Assembly (NCBI GenBank): GCA_030754595.1
Contig: JASLZZ010000098.1
Coordinates: forward strand, 1-60,153
Source of the DNA: Nitrospinota bacterium
GTDB taxonomy: Bacteria; UBA8248
Reading direction: 5' to 3'
DNA length: 60,153 bases
The notes under the pieces are model-generated. The model was not told the DNA's origin, ran no database searches, and saw only the letters and a program-made list of their open reading frames with translations. Numbering within the stretch: the first letter of the stretch is position 1; each line of letters begins with the position of its first letter. The position numbers were made by a program, and so were the translations under genes. Below are positions 29,144 through 39,257 of this stretch, piece after piece.

Positions 29144-29746
29144 TTGAAAGTCATGCCGAAACGGGCGCGTGATGAAAGCAAGACTCATCAGATTGTTTTT
29201 CAACCGCAACTGTCTATTTCAACGGAACGCCTCATTGGCAAGCTTCAGTCGAATTACTCTTTTTTCATAGATATGGCTCAAAGCGAAATAAGTGAAATTC
29301 TCTCTTCATGCAAACGAAAAACCTATCAACCCGGAGACAGGGTGTTTTCGGAGGGGGATGTCGGCGACTCTTTTTATCTTGTTGTTCAGGGGGAAATCCG
29401 GATACTGATCGAACCCAGGGAAATTCAGATTTCTCCGGGGGAAATTTTCGGAGAGATGGCTATCCTTGGCTTGAACACCCGGACGGCGACGGCCATGGCC
29501 AAGGAGAAAACTGTGGTTTTATCGATAACTAAGGAGGTTCTAGGCTCCCATTTTCCGAGTGTACGCAGCAAGGTCAGCATCAATATGGCCCGCCAGCTTA
29601 CGGATAATCTCCGGCGCGCCGACGAAGCCATTCAGGACCTCACCAACCGGCTTCGCATTGCGGAGGATAAAGTTCGGGAGCTTGAGCCGGATTCCGCAGA
29701 TGGCGCCGACTCGTTAAGGCTGGGAAATTATTCATGGCCTGTCTAG
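29144..29746 (+). CDS. Cyclic nucleotide-binding domain protein with C-terminal coiled coil and no HTH
   Basis: VFSEGDVGDSFYLVVQG, PGEIFGEMA..RTATA; LRRADEAIQDLTNRLRIAE. Confidence 0.82.
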   Translation: MKVMPKRARDESKTHQIVFQPQLSISTERLIGKLQSNYSFFIDMAQSEISEILSSCKRKTYQPGDRVFSEGDVGDSFYLVVQGEIRILIEPREIQISPGEIFGEMAILGLNTRTATAMAKEKTVVLSITKEVLGSHFPSVRSKVSINMARQLTDNLRRADEAIQDLTNRLRIAEDKVRELEPDSADGADSLRLGNYSWPV

Positions 29747-29792
29747 GAAGCCGATTGAAGACAACCCCCCTCCGGCTCCGGGGCGCCTTCAC

Positions 29793-30827
29793 TTATTCCG
29801 CTTGAGCCAACCTGGCCTTGAGCAGGTCGAAGTTCGAGACATCCATTTTGAGTTCCCCGCTGTCAATCTGGCGGGCGAGTTCGGCCACGGCATCGTTGAG
29901 CGGCGTTGGCACACCCAACTCCTTGCCCTTTCTCGACACGAGACCGTTGATGAACTCCATCTCGCTTTTTCTGCCCTTGATGTGGTCGTGAATGGGGGCA
30001 GTGGTGGATTTGCTGCCGACATGCCTCATCAGCGTCTTCATGCCCGTCACCAGCACTTCGTCGCTCGAACCGGCGAACTCTTTTTCGCTCAGGCCGAAAA
30101 TGGGTTCCATCCGGTATTCGAGGGCGGCGCCAACCGCCATCGATTCCTTGCCGAGACCCACCGAGATTTCGAACATTCCGGGCAGTTTCATCGCCTCCCA
30201 GTTCGTTAGGCCGAACGAACCGAACGGCCCCATCGTCATCGAGTTGGCGATGAGCTTGGTCCATTTCGCGCCGTAGATATTGTTGGTTATCTCGGTCACA
30301 CCCACGTTGCTCAGGAGCGACCTGATCTCTTCGATGCGTGGGGTGAACGAGCCGTCGAGCTCGCCGACGGAGAACCAGGTGTCTTTCCGGGTGGTGTCCC
30401 GCTGGACCCGTCCGGGTGTGAATATTTCCCCAGAGAGCTCAACCACGCATCCGATGGTGCGCTCACGGCCGATGATGCTGGCGATCGCATCGTCGTTCAT
30501 GCTGTTCTGCATGCCGACGACCACCCCGCCGCTCTTGAGGTAGGGCTTGATGAGCTCGGCCATCCATCGGGTGTCGTAGGACTTGACGATGATCAGGGCG
30601 ATGTCGAACTCCATTTTGACCGAGGCCAGCTCGCACAGATGATGGGCCCGCACCGGAATTTTCAGGTCCCCGTCCGTCATCTCGATGTGCAGTCCTTGGG
30701 CCCTCATCATTTCAACGTGTTCCGGCCATTGGTCGAAGATCGTCACGTCGAATTCCGCTTTAGTGAGATCGGCGCCCACGCTGCTGCCGATGGCTCCGGA
30801 TCCCAGTAGGGCTATTTTTTTATCCAT
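29793..30827 (-). CDS. Ketopantoate reductase (PanE/ApbA) family protein
   Basis: GSGAIG, VKSYDT, MQN, KWTKLIAN, SEMEFING, PTPLN. Confidence 0.88.
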   Translation of the reverse strand: MDKKIALLGSGAIGSSVGADLTKAEFDVTIFDQWPEHVEMMRAQGLHIEMTDGDLKIPVRAHHLCELASVKMEFDIALIIVKSYDTRWMAELIKPYLKSGGVVVGMQNSMNDDAIASIIGRERTIGCVVELSGEIFTPGRVQRDTTRKDTWFSVGELDGSFTPRIEEIRSLLSNVGVTEITNNIYGAKWTKLIANSMTMGPFGSFGLTNWEAMKLPGMFEISVGLGKESMAVGAALEYRMEPIFGLSEKEFAGSSDEVLVTGMKTLMRHVGSKSTTAPIHDHIKGRKSEMEFINGLVSRKGKELGVPTPLNDAVAELARQIDSGELKMDVSNFDLLKARLAQAE

Positions 30828-31230
30828 GTTTTTCGCCTTTGTGGTTTGCGCCCGATCCGGCGCATCGAATTAAAAATACCGAAAATTCCGTTCAAAACCC
30901 ATGAATGATGCCTTGAAATAATTGTGCCAGTTTCATAATGAGCGCGCGAAGGCCGCCGCTGCCGGGAAGGATCGCACCGGCGGTGCTGATGTGTCCGCCA
31001 TCGATGAGCGCGTCCCTCCTCACAAGTCGCCCAGCACCGGTTCCGCGAGAATGTGTATCTCCCCCGCAGGGCGGAATAATGGTGCGGTGCGGTTTGCTTT
31101 CCCTGGTATGTTTTCCCCCAGTTTCAATATAGTGTGAGTCTGTCTTTTTCTTTGTTTGGAATCATCATAATATCGGGAAACGGAAAGTTATTTCGGACCG
31201 TATACAAACAAGAATTTATCGGGTGGAGTC

Positions 31231-31974
31231 ATGGAGCTTAAAGGAAGGGTGGCATTGATCACCGGCGCGGCACAGGGCATCGGCGAGGGAATAGCGCGCC
31301 GGATTATTTGCGAGGGAGGCCGGGTGGCCGGTGTGGATATTCAGGGAGAGGGGCTTTCCTCCTTGGAGCGCGAGTTCGGTGAATCGTTTCTGGGTATCAA
31401 GGCGGACTTGAGCCGTGAAGCGGAGGTCGAGCGCATTTTCGGCGAATCCGTTTCAAGGTTTGGGGGCATCGACATTCTGGTGAACTGCGCGGTGGTCCGC
31501 TCGAACATACCTCTCGAGGATATCGATGAGCCCACCATGGATCTGGCGCTTGCGGTGGGCGTGAAGGGGTGCGTTTTATGCGCCCAGCGGGCGGCGAGGG
31601 AGATGCGTAAGCGGGGGGGCGGCGCGATTGTGAATATGTCGAGCTTCTACGCCCGGACCCCGGTGAAAGAGCGAGTGATTTACGTTGCGGTGAAGGGGGC
31701 TGTCGAGGGGGTGACGCGGGCGCTCGCCGTGGAACTCGCTGAGTTCGGAATCCGGGTCAACGCGGTCGCGCCCGGACCGATTCTCACGGAGAGGCGAAAG
31801 TCCCAAGGGCATGGCCAGCCCGGAAACCTCGAGGAGCGCTACCGGAGGATGCCGATGGGGAGATTCGGCGAGGTCTCCGAAGTCATCGATTCCGTCATTT
31901 TTCTGATGACCTCTCAATCTTCCTACATGACCGGCCAGACCATCGTACTGGACGGCGGGATGACCATCGTTTGA
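31231..31974 (+). CDS. SDR family oxidoreductase
   Basis: TGAAQGIG, YVAVK, VNAVAPG, TGQTIVLDGG. Confidence 0.9.
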   Translation: MELKGRVALITGAAQGIGEGIARRIICEGGRVAGVDIQGEGLSSLEREFGESFLGIKADLSREAEVERIFGESVSRFGGIDILVNCAVVRSNIPLEDIDEPTMDLALAVGVKGCVLCAQRAAREMRKRGGGAIVNMSSFYARTPVKERVIYVAVKGAVEGVTRALAVELAEFGIRVNAVAPGPILTERRKSQGHGQPGNLEERYRRMPMGRFGEVSEVIDSVIFLMTSQSSYMTGQTIVLDGGMTIV

Positions 31975-31993
31975 TGAATAAATTCCCGGTCTC

Positions 31994-32923
31994 TTAGCGG
32001 CGATCGGCCAGGCGAAACAGCTCTTTGGGCAACTGTCCGCGCGCTTCCTCGACTATGGGCGATACGGCGTTCTCGAAGCGGGAGCGTTCTTCTGCCGTAA
32101 GATCGACGAAGGCTATGCCCGCGCCCTCCAATTCCCCACGTTTTTTGATTTCCTCGGCCTGGGCTATTTCTCTTTGATATAATATGGCTTCCTTGATGCT
32201 TTCCCGGACCGCGGCCTGAATCTCCTCCGGCCAAGAGTCGAAGCTTTGCTTGTGCGCATAAATCGCCCGGGCCGCGTAAAAGTGCCCGGTCATCGTGATG
32301 TATTCATGAAATTTATGAATGCCGTAAGCCGAGGTATTCGCCAGAGGGTTTTCCTGGGCGTCGAGTTCCCCCGACGCCATCATGGCGATGCCCCGCTCTA
32401 GATTCATGGGGAAGGGAGCGGCTCCGAGCAACTCGAAAGTTTTTTTGTGGATTTCGTTAGGCATCAATCGAATGCGAAGCCCCGCGCAGTCTTCGGGAGT
32501 TCGGATCGGGCGCAGACGGTTTGATATATGCCGAAAGCCGTTGTCCCAATAACCGATAATGCGACATCCTTTCCGGGATTCGATTCGGTGCGTGAGATAA
32601 GCGCCGAGTTCCCCGTCCAGCGCCCGGTGGGCGTGTTCCACGCTATCGAAGAAAAACGGCGGGTCGATTATCCGAAGCTCGGGAATCAGGTCCGAGAGAC
32701 CGTAGCCGGTTGAGGAGTAGCACATCGTGAGTTGGCCGCTTTCGACCATGTTGGTCAAATCCATCCCCTTGTAGCCGAAGTCGAATACGTTCCAGAACAA
32801 ATCTACCCTGACGGAGGAGCCCAGCCGGGCGGTGAGTTTGTCCCGGAAGCGGGCGGCGGCTCGGCTGTGGGCGGTGTCCGGAGGGGAATATCCAGCGAAA
32901 CGAATATGAATGGGGGTTCTCAC
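31994..32923 (-). CDS. TRAP DctP-family solute-binding protein, apparently without a signal peptide
   Basis: YWDNGFRHI, PIRTPED..GLRIR, GELDAQENP, TMTGH; GTG start with GGAG RBS. Confidence 0.85.
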   Translation of the reverse strand: MRTPIHIRFAGYSPPDTAHSRAAARFRDKLTARLGSSVRVDLFWNVFDFGYKGMDLTNMVESGQLTMCYSSTGYGLSDLIPELRIIDPPFFFDSVEHAHRALDGELGAYLTHRIESRKGCRIIGYWDNGFRHISNRLRPIRTPEDCAGLRIRLMPNEIHKKTFELLGAAPFPMNLERGIAMMASGELDAQENPLANTSAYGIHKFHEYITMTGHFYAARAIYAHKQSFDSWPEEIQAAVRESIKEAILYQREIAQAEEIKKRGELEGAGIAFVDLTAEERSRFENAVSPIVEEARGQLPKELFRLADRR

Positions 32924-33081
32924 GCCAATCTCCCGGTACGGAAAAATCAAATTTCACCATAAATAAATGAAGTTCCGTCCATTATCCTTGATTGTTGCCG
33001 GAGGAATCAATCGATTTCAGGTTTCCCGGCTGTCAGGTATTATCCGGGGGTCATCTTTTTATAACTTGTCTGGGGGGGGGG

Positions 33082-33978
33082 ATGTTCGTGCCGGAAAAAG
33101 CCATGCCGCAAAAATTATGTGTAGTGGGTCTCGGTTTGATGGGTACGGTCCTGGCCGCGAAACTCGTCCGGGCCGGATATGAAGTCCGGGGTTACGATAT
33201 CGACAAAGAGCGAATGTCGCTGCTCGAGGAGAATGGCGGAACGCCGGCCGAATCGCCCGCCGGGGCGGCGGCGGGGGCGGCATTTGTTGTCCTCTCCCTG
33301 ATGAACAGCGATATCGTGCGGGAGGTTTGTTTCGGGGCCGAGGGGTTTATTGAGAGCGCGGAGGAGTCGCTCCTCGTTATCGATACCACGACTTCGCGGC
33401 CCGAAGACTCTATCGAGACAGCCGCCGGGCTTCGCAGGCGCGGCTTCTCCTTCCTTGACGTCAGCCTGAGCGGTAGCCGGGACGACATCGTGGCGCTGGC
33501 CGGCGGCGACGAATCCGACCTGGAGCGGGCGCGGCCCGTCATCGCCGCCTTCGCCCGGTCCTGCCATCATATGGGACCAAGCGGCGCGGGCGCCCGGACC
33601 AAGCTGATCGTCAACCTCATCTCGGGTTTGAACCGCCTGGTCATGGCCGAGGGGCTGGTTCTCGGCATGAAGTCGGGCATGGACATGGAAGCGCTCCTTG
33701 AGGTTCTCAAGGACACTGCGGCCTACAGCAAGGCCATGGTCCACCGGGGGGGGCGGATGGTGCGGGCGGATTACGACAACCCCAGCTCCCGAATTCGCCA
33801 GCACCATAAAGATGTCCGCCTCATCCTGGAGCAAGGGCGGCTATTCAATACCCCGATGTTTTTGACCGGTGTTCACGATCAAATTCTACAGGCCGCCGAG
33901 CTGGGCGGGCTCGAGGACGCGGACAACGCGGCCTTAATCGAGGTGCTCCGCCGCCTGGCCGGGATTCCCTCTTTCTAG
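33082..33978 (+). CDS. 3-hydroxyisobutyrate dehydrogenase family NAD(P)-dependent oxidoreductase
   Basis: VVGLGLMG, IDTTT, GAGARTKLIVN, KDVRL; start at 33082 or 33103. Confidence 0.88.
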   Translation: MFVPEKAMPQKLCVVGLGLMGTVLAAKLVRAGYEVRGYDIDKERMSLLEENGGTPAESPAGAAAGAAFVVLSLMNSDIVREVCFGAEGFIESAEESLLVIDTTTSRPEDSIETAAGLRRRGFSFLDVSLSGSRDDIVALAGGDESDLERARPVIAAFARSCHHMGPSGAGARTKLIVNLISGLNRLVMAEGLVLGMKSGMDMEALLEVLKDTAAYSKAMVHRGGRMVRADYDNPSSRIRQHHKDVRLILEQGRLFNTPMFLTGVHDQILQAAELGGLEDADNAALIEVLRRLAGIPSF

Positions 33979-34034
33979 GGACAGGGCCGGCAAGAGGACG
34001 CACGTTCGTTTTTTTAAAAGAAAGGAATACGGAA

Positions 34035-34955
34035 GTGCAAAAGCGGATGCTTGGAAGTAGCGGATTGGAGGTCACGGCCGTCGGGTTCGGGGCGATGACG
34101 ATAGGCGGTTGTTTCGGGCCTGTCGATGACAATGAAAGCCTGCGCGCGCTGCATGCCGCCATCGACGGCGGCATCAATTTCATCGACACATCGAACGCCT
34201 ACGGCGAAGGGCGAAGCGAAACGATTATCGGGAAATTCTTGTCCGAGCGATCCGGCAGCGAAGATATTATTATCTGCACCAAGGGGGGGAACAGCTTCGA
34301 GACGTTTCCGGGTGGAGGCTGGGGGCGCGATTTCACCTCTGTTTTTATCGAAAAGTGTCTGGAGGAAAGCCTCCGGCGTCTGGGGCGGGAGGCGATAGAT
34401 TTTTACCTGCTTCATAACCCCAAACTCGACGATATGAAGGCGGAGGACTGCTACGCTTTTCTCGAGAAATGAAAGGACAGTGGCAAGCTGAAGGCCTGGG
34501 GTGTTTCGGTGAACACGGCGGAGGAGTGCGATTACGCCATCGAGTCGAAAAAGCCCACGCTCCTTCAGATGGAGTACAATGTTCTCGAACAGGGAGCCGC
34601 TGAGTCATTCGCGAGAGCCAGGGAAAAAGAGGTCGGCGTCATTTGCCGGGTTCCCATCAAGCGTGGGTTTCTTTCCGGCCGATTCGATGAAACCGCCGAG
34701 TTTGGCGAAGACGATATGCGCCGCCGGATCCTGACGGCGGAGAACATCCGAAAATTCCAGGAAAAGCTGAATCGCCTTCGGGATGTAGCGGGCCAGCTGA
34801 ACCTATCGCCCGCCGAGGTGGCCATTCGCTTCTGCGTATCGAATCCGAATATCAGCACCATCATCCCCGGAATCCGGACCAAGGAGCAGGCGAGGCAAAA
34901 CGCCGCCAGCGGCGATTCGCTGTCGATCGAAGCGGTGAAGAGGCTTCTCGAATAG
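34035..34955 (+). pseudogene. Aldo/keto reductase interrupted by in-frame TGA (34470-34472)
   Basis: IDTSNAYG, CTKG, LLHNP; FLEK*KDSGKLKAWGVS continues in frame to IIPGIRT..Q..N. Confidence 0.85.
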
Positions 34956-34976
34956 GTTCCGGAATATCCCCGCCGC

Positions 34977-35888
34977 CTAGGAGTTCTTTTCCCTGTCGAG
35001 GTAGGCCTTGTAGACGGATATGCCGTCTAGGTCTCCGTAGCCAGCGCGGATTCCTTCCCTGTAGAGCGGAATACAGGCCTTGCCGACCGGTGAAACGGCT
35101 CCCACCCGGCTCGCGAGTTTCACCCCGAGTTGGATATCCTTCATCTGTACGTCAAGAGTGCTCATGGGATTGCTGAATTTTTCGTGGACCATGTCGGGAG
35201 CCTGGGTTCGAAACTGGGCCCACCCGCCCACTCGGCTTCGCATGAGCGCGTCGAGCAAGAAATCTTTTTTGAAACCGCAACGCAAACCGACCCTCAGTAT
35301 TTCGGAAATAACGCAGCGCCCCATGGTGGTGAGGTAGTTTACCGTGGCTTTTAGTTCGGCCCCTGCGCCGGAGGGTCCGCAGTAGATCTGGTCCGAGAGC
35401 ATCTCCCCGAGAAGAGGCTCTACTTTTTGATAGGCTTTTTTGTCTCCTCCGACAAGAAACAGCCCTTCCCTCTCGGCCACGTAACCGCTGTTTCCGCTGA
35501 CGCAACCGTCGAGGTAGGGCACCTTTTCCTTTTTGCACAACAGGGCGTGTTTTCTCGAGTCGTCCGAATCCGCCGTGGTGGTGTCGATAACCACTTCCGG
35601 AGAGCGGCCGGGTGCAAAGGCCAAGTAACCTTCTTTCCCTCGGGCGGTTAGTAGCGAGATTTTGGAGTTCGGCACCGAAATAAAGAGGATGTCCGATTCT
35701 TCGGCTACCAATCTGGGAGAGGAGAGGGGCGCCCCGCCGATTTTCTTGAACTTTCGCCGGGCTGCGGGAATGGGGTCGGTTCCGAAAACCGTATAGCCGT
35801 CCTGAATGAGATTTTTAGTAAAGGCTTGGCCCATGAGGCCCAGGCCGATGAAACCGATAGTTTTTCCTTTTAAGGCTTGACTCGTCAT
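34977..35888 (-). CDS. 3-hydroxyisobutyrate dehydrogenase family NAD(P)-dependent oxidoreductase
   Basis: FIGLGLMG, IDTTT, DGCVSG, GAGAELKATVN, KDIQL; GGGAG RBS. Confidence 0.88.
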   Translation of the reverse strand: MTSQALKGKTIGFIGLGLMGQAFTKNLIQDGYTVFGTDPIPAARRKFKKIGGAPLSSPRLVAEESDILFISVPNSKISLLTARGKEGYLAFAPGRSPEVVIDTTTADSDDSRKHALLCKKEKVPYLDGCVSGNSGYVAEREGLFLVGGDKKAYQKVEPLLGEMLSDQIYCGPSGAGAELKATVNYLTTMGRCVISEILRVGLRCGFKKDFLLDALMRSRVGGWAQFRTQAPDMVHEKFSNPMSTLDVQMKDIQLGVKLASRVGAVSPVGKACIPLYREGIRAGYGDLDGISVYKAYLDREKNS

Positions 35889-36028
35889 GTTTTCTCCCTG
35901 TTGAAACAAACTGTGACGTGGCTGAATGAAATACCGAAAAACAGGCAAGTGAAAATTTCCGTTTTTCTTGCAAGTGGGTGGGCCAAGGGATGAATTCAAT
36001 AGTGAAGTGTGTTGGGTAAAGCCGAAGT

Positions 36029-36784
36029 TTATAGAATGTCCCCGTTGCTTAGAAGTTCAATGCTGTATTTGTGCTGACTTCCTTGATAGTAAATTTGGGA
36101 AAATTCTATCGGTTCACCGTCCGTTCCATACACGAATGTTTCAACGTATAAGACCGGATCCAAAAGTCCGATTTTCAAATGTTCCGCGACTTCGTTGTCG
36201 GCCGTCCGGGCTTCGAATGCCTGGTTGATTTTGCCGATATGAATACGGAGCCGTTTTTTTATGATATCGAACATGCTTTGGTTCAAGATATCGTTTCGCT
36301 CCACTTTGTTAGCCAGAATCGAGGGCAAGAAATTCATGGTGTAGCAATAGGGCGAATCTCCGCTCATCTTCAGCCGGCGGATTCGGGTAAGCCGGGAATT
36401 ATCGGGAAGATCGAAAAATTCTTCCACATCGGGAGCGGCGGTCACTTCATCTATCGAAAGCAAACGCCGCTCCTCCCCGGCCGAAAAGTTTTGTTCGATG
36501 ATTCCGGTCAGTTTGATTTTTTTGGGATTTCTAAGAGTTTTTTTTACAAAGGTGCCGTGCCCGCGCGAGCGCTCCAGCAATCCGTCCGCTTCGAGGATGG
36601 AGAGCGCCTGGCGCAGTGTCACCCGGCTGACGCCGAAGGATTTTGCCAGGTCCAGCTCCTTGGGGAGTTTTTCCCCGGGAGCCAGTTCGCCCTGCTCGAT
36701 TTTCCTGCGCAGGACATTCATGATCTGATAGTAGTAGGGGATTGATTTATCTTTAAGAGTTCTCTCCGCCGATATTTCGTTCAT
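36029..36784 (-). CDS. GntR family transcriptional regulator (HutC/UTRA type)
   Basis: PYYYQI, PGEKLPKE.DLAKSFGVSRVTLRQAL, GHGTFV; UTRA-like C-terminus with PIEFS. Confidence 0.93.
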   Translation of the reverse strand: MNEISAERTLKDKSIPYYYQIMNVLRRKIEQGELAPGEKLPKELDLAKSFGVSRVTLRQALSILEADGLLERSRGHGTFVKKTLRNPKKIKLTGIIEQNFSAGEERRLLSIDEVTAAPDVEEFFDLPDNSRLTRIRRLKMSGDSPYCYTMNFLPSILANKVERNDILNQSMFDIIKKRLRIHIGKINQAFEARTADNEVAEHLKIGLLDPVLYVETFVYGTDGEPIEFSQIYYQGSQHKYSIELLSNGDIL

Positions 36785-37239
36785 ATTGTCCCTTAATTTC
36801 CGTTGACGCCTCCTGAGTACTCATCGGTCTTGAAAGAAGATTCTTGTCTACCTCAGGCGGCCGATAAATTCGTTCCGAGAAAATTCAAGTATAATCCTAC
36901 TTTATTAATATACTCTTGTTGTCCGCGATGCGCGCTCAATCCGAAAGCCCCGGCCTCCGGGAGGAACCTGCAAGCACTTAATAGAATATATTTAGCGTCA
37001 ACTTATTTTAGCTGTAGAGAGGTGAAAATTTAATCAGATAAAATAAGTCATATAAGATATTTTTGTCTTTTGCATGCCGGCTCACTGTATGGTACTACAA
37101 CTAATACCTGAGAAAATTTCAATATATCATTGGGCGGCGATTTTTGGCATAAAAGTCCTGTATTTCATATAAAGAAAAAATGACGTTTCGGGCAGGAATA
37201 GCGGGAGTCCGCGATTCGGCGCAGCGAAGGGAGCAGGGC

Positions 37240-37992
37240 ATGGGTCTCGAAGGCCGCGTAGCACTTGTCACAGGCGCGAACCGAAGCATCGGAAAGTCGT
37301 TGTCCCTTGCGCTGGCACGCCGCGGCGCCTCCGTTGCCGTCCACTTTCACTCGAAATCCGATGATGCCAACGCCGTTGTCGAGGAAATTCGCTCCGCCGG
37401 TGGCGCGGCCTTCGCTTTCCGCGCGGATGTATCAAACCGCGGCGAGGTAGAAGAGATGATCATTCGTTGCCGGGAAGACCTGGGTCCCGTGGACATCCTC
37501 GTGAACAATGCCCGCCAACTCGTAAAAGGCAGGATTTTTATCGAGCTTAACTGGGAGGACGACTATGCTCCCCATGTCGAGGTTATGCTCAAGGGTACGT
37601 TTAACTGCTGTCAGGCCGCGATTCCCGCGATGATCGAGCGGGGCTCGGGCCGGATTATCAATATCCTTAGCACGGCTCTCGGCGAGAAAAGAGCCCGCAC
37701 GAACTCCTACGGGTCGATTAAATCGGCTCTTCTTTATTTCTCTCAAACCCTGGCCGTCGAGATGGGCCCCCACGGGATCACCGTCAATATGGTTTCGCCC
37801 GGTTTGACCACCACCGAGCGGCCAATCCTCCACTCGGGTGGCTATCAACGAGAATATATCGATCAAACCCCGGTGGGGCGCATGGGCGTTCCCGAGGACG
37901 TGGCCGAGGCCGTGGTGTTTTTCTGTGGCGAGGAAACCTCCTTCATTACGGGTGTCAATTTGGCGGTCTCGGGCGGAAAGGTCATGTTTTAA
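37240..37992 (+). CDS. SDR family oxidoreductase (FabG-like)
   Basis: TGANRSIG, LVNNA, YGSIK, VNMVSPG; GGAG RBS before ATG 37240. Confidence 0.9.
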   Translation: MGLEGRVALVTGANRSIGKSLSLALARRGASVAVHFHSKSDDANAVVEEIRSAGGAAFAFRADVSNRGEVEEMIIRCREDLGPVDILVNNARQLVKGRIFIELNWEDDYAPHVEVMLKGTFNCCQAAIPAMIERGSGRIINILSTALGEKRARTNSYGSIKSALLYFSQTLAVEMGPHGITVNMVSPGLTTTERPILHSGGYQREYIDQTPVGRMGVPEDVAEAVVFFCGEETSFITGVNLAVSGGKVMF

Positions 37993-38078
37993 AGATTTAA
38001 TCAACCGAAGGCGTGAGGCGGGCCGGCGGGAATTTTTTCATACTGGAATCATTTTTTACCGAGAGAGGGAGCGAGTTC

Positions 38079-39221
38079 GTGAGCTTTTCGACAAAAGAGC
38101 GGGACCGGCGCCATGCGAAGCTGCGCGCCGATATGGAGAGCGAGAATCTTGACATCCTGGTTGTTTACGGAAACAGCGGGAGACAGGGGCCCCGGACCGG
38201 AAACCTCGCCTACGTGAGTAATTTCCGTTCGTTTTCGGGCCAGCAAGTGTTGGTATTTCCGCTAAAGGGCGAGCCGGTTTTGTTCGTCGGCGTGGAAAAC
38301 CAGCGAATTGAGGCGAATCGGGGCGGGTGGATCGAAGATGTTCGTTGCGAGGCGATGACTCCGGTGCCTACTCAAACGAGTGACTATCTTAAAGAAATTT
38401 CCGACTCGGGGAAAAGGATCGGGATTTCGACTCTCTCCATCATTCCGTTCAACTGGTTCCAGCAGTTTCAGGGTCGGATACCTGCGAAAGAGTGGGTGGA
38501 TGCCGGCGATATGGTTTGGAAGCCCCGCCTGGTTCAAAGCGCCGAGGAAATCGAGATGTCGCGCCACGCTGCCCTGTTGGGTGACCGGATATGGGATCGG
38601 ATTCGGGAATTCGCCTGCGAGGGGGTCACCGAGCTCGATATTCGGGCGGAGATGGACAAGGTGATTATCCCCGAGGGCGGCACAGAGAATTTCAACATGA
38701 TGGGGCTGGCGAGCATGGCTGGCGGCGGCGAGGCCCCCTGGGGATATGTGATCCCCCAGACAAAAAGAGCCATGAAAAACGGCGATGCCCTCTTGCTCGA
38801 AATATCGCCCCGCGTGGAGGGCTACTGGAACCAGTTGGTGCGCGTTCTTTGCCTGGGACCGGCGGAGCAATGGCTGATCGATGCCCATGACGTCGTGCGC
38901 GCGGCGCGGGACGCGTCGCTCGAGTACCTCAAGCCGGGCGAGCCGATGGTCGGGCTGGCGAGTGCCATGGACGATGTTTTTAAAGCCAAGGGATTCGAAG
39001 TTTGGCCCTTCGGGCTGGTCCATATCACGGGCCTGGACCTGACCGATTACATGATCACGCCGAAATCCACCGGAACGATAGAGCCCGGAATGGTGATCAC
39101 CGTGCATCCCATGTATCAACTGGGACCCGATCGTCAGATATTCTGGGGCGAGTCTTATCTAGTGACCGATAGTGGTTTTGAGCTTTTGAATCGTTGTTCC
39201 GATGAGTTGGCTTGTCTCTAA
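38079..39221 (+). CDS. M24 (pita-bread) fold protein with creatinase-like N-domain and non-canonical metal ligands
   Basis: NLAYVSNF, QSAEEI, EGVTE, EGYW..LVR, H.TGLD, IEPGMVITVHP, ESYLVT. Confidence 0.8.
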   Translation: MSFSTKERDRRHAKLRADMESENLDILVVYGNSGRQGPRTGNLAYVSNFRSFSGQQVLVFPLKGEPVLFVGVENQRIEANRGGWIEDVRCEAMTPVPTQTSDYLKEISDSGKRIGISTLSIIPFNWFQQFQGRIPAKEWVDAGDMVWKPRLVQSAEEIEMSRHAALLGDRIWDRIREFACEGVTELDIRAEMDKVIIPEGGTENFNMMGLASMAGGGEAPWGYVIPQTKRAMKNGDALLLEISPRVEGYWNQLVRVLCLGPAEQWLIDAHDVVRAARDASLEYLKPGEPMVGLASAMDDVFKAKGFEVWPFGLVHITGLDLTDYMITPKSTGTIEPGMVITVHPMYQLGPDRQIFWGESYLVTDSGFELLNRCSDELACL

Positions 39222-39257
39222 ATGGACTTTGAGTCCGCTAACAAGGGAGGAGATACA

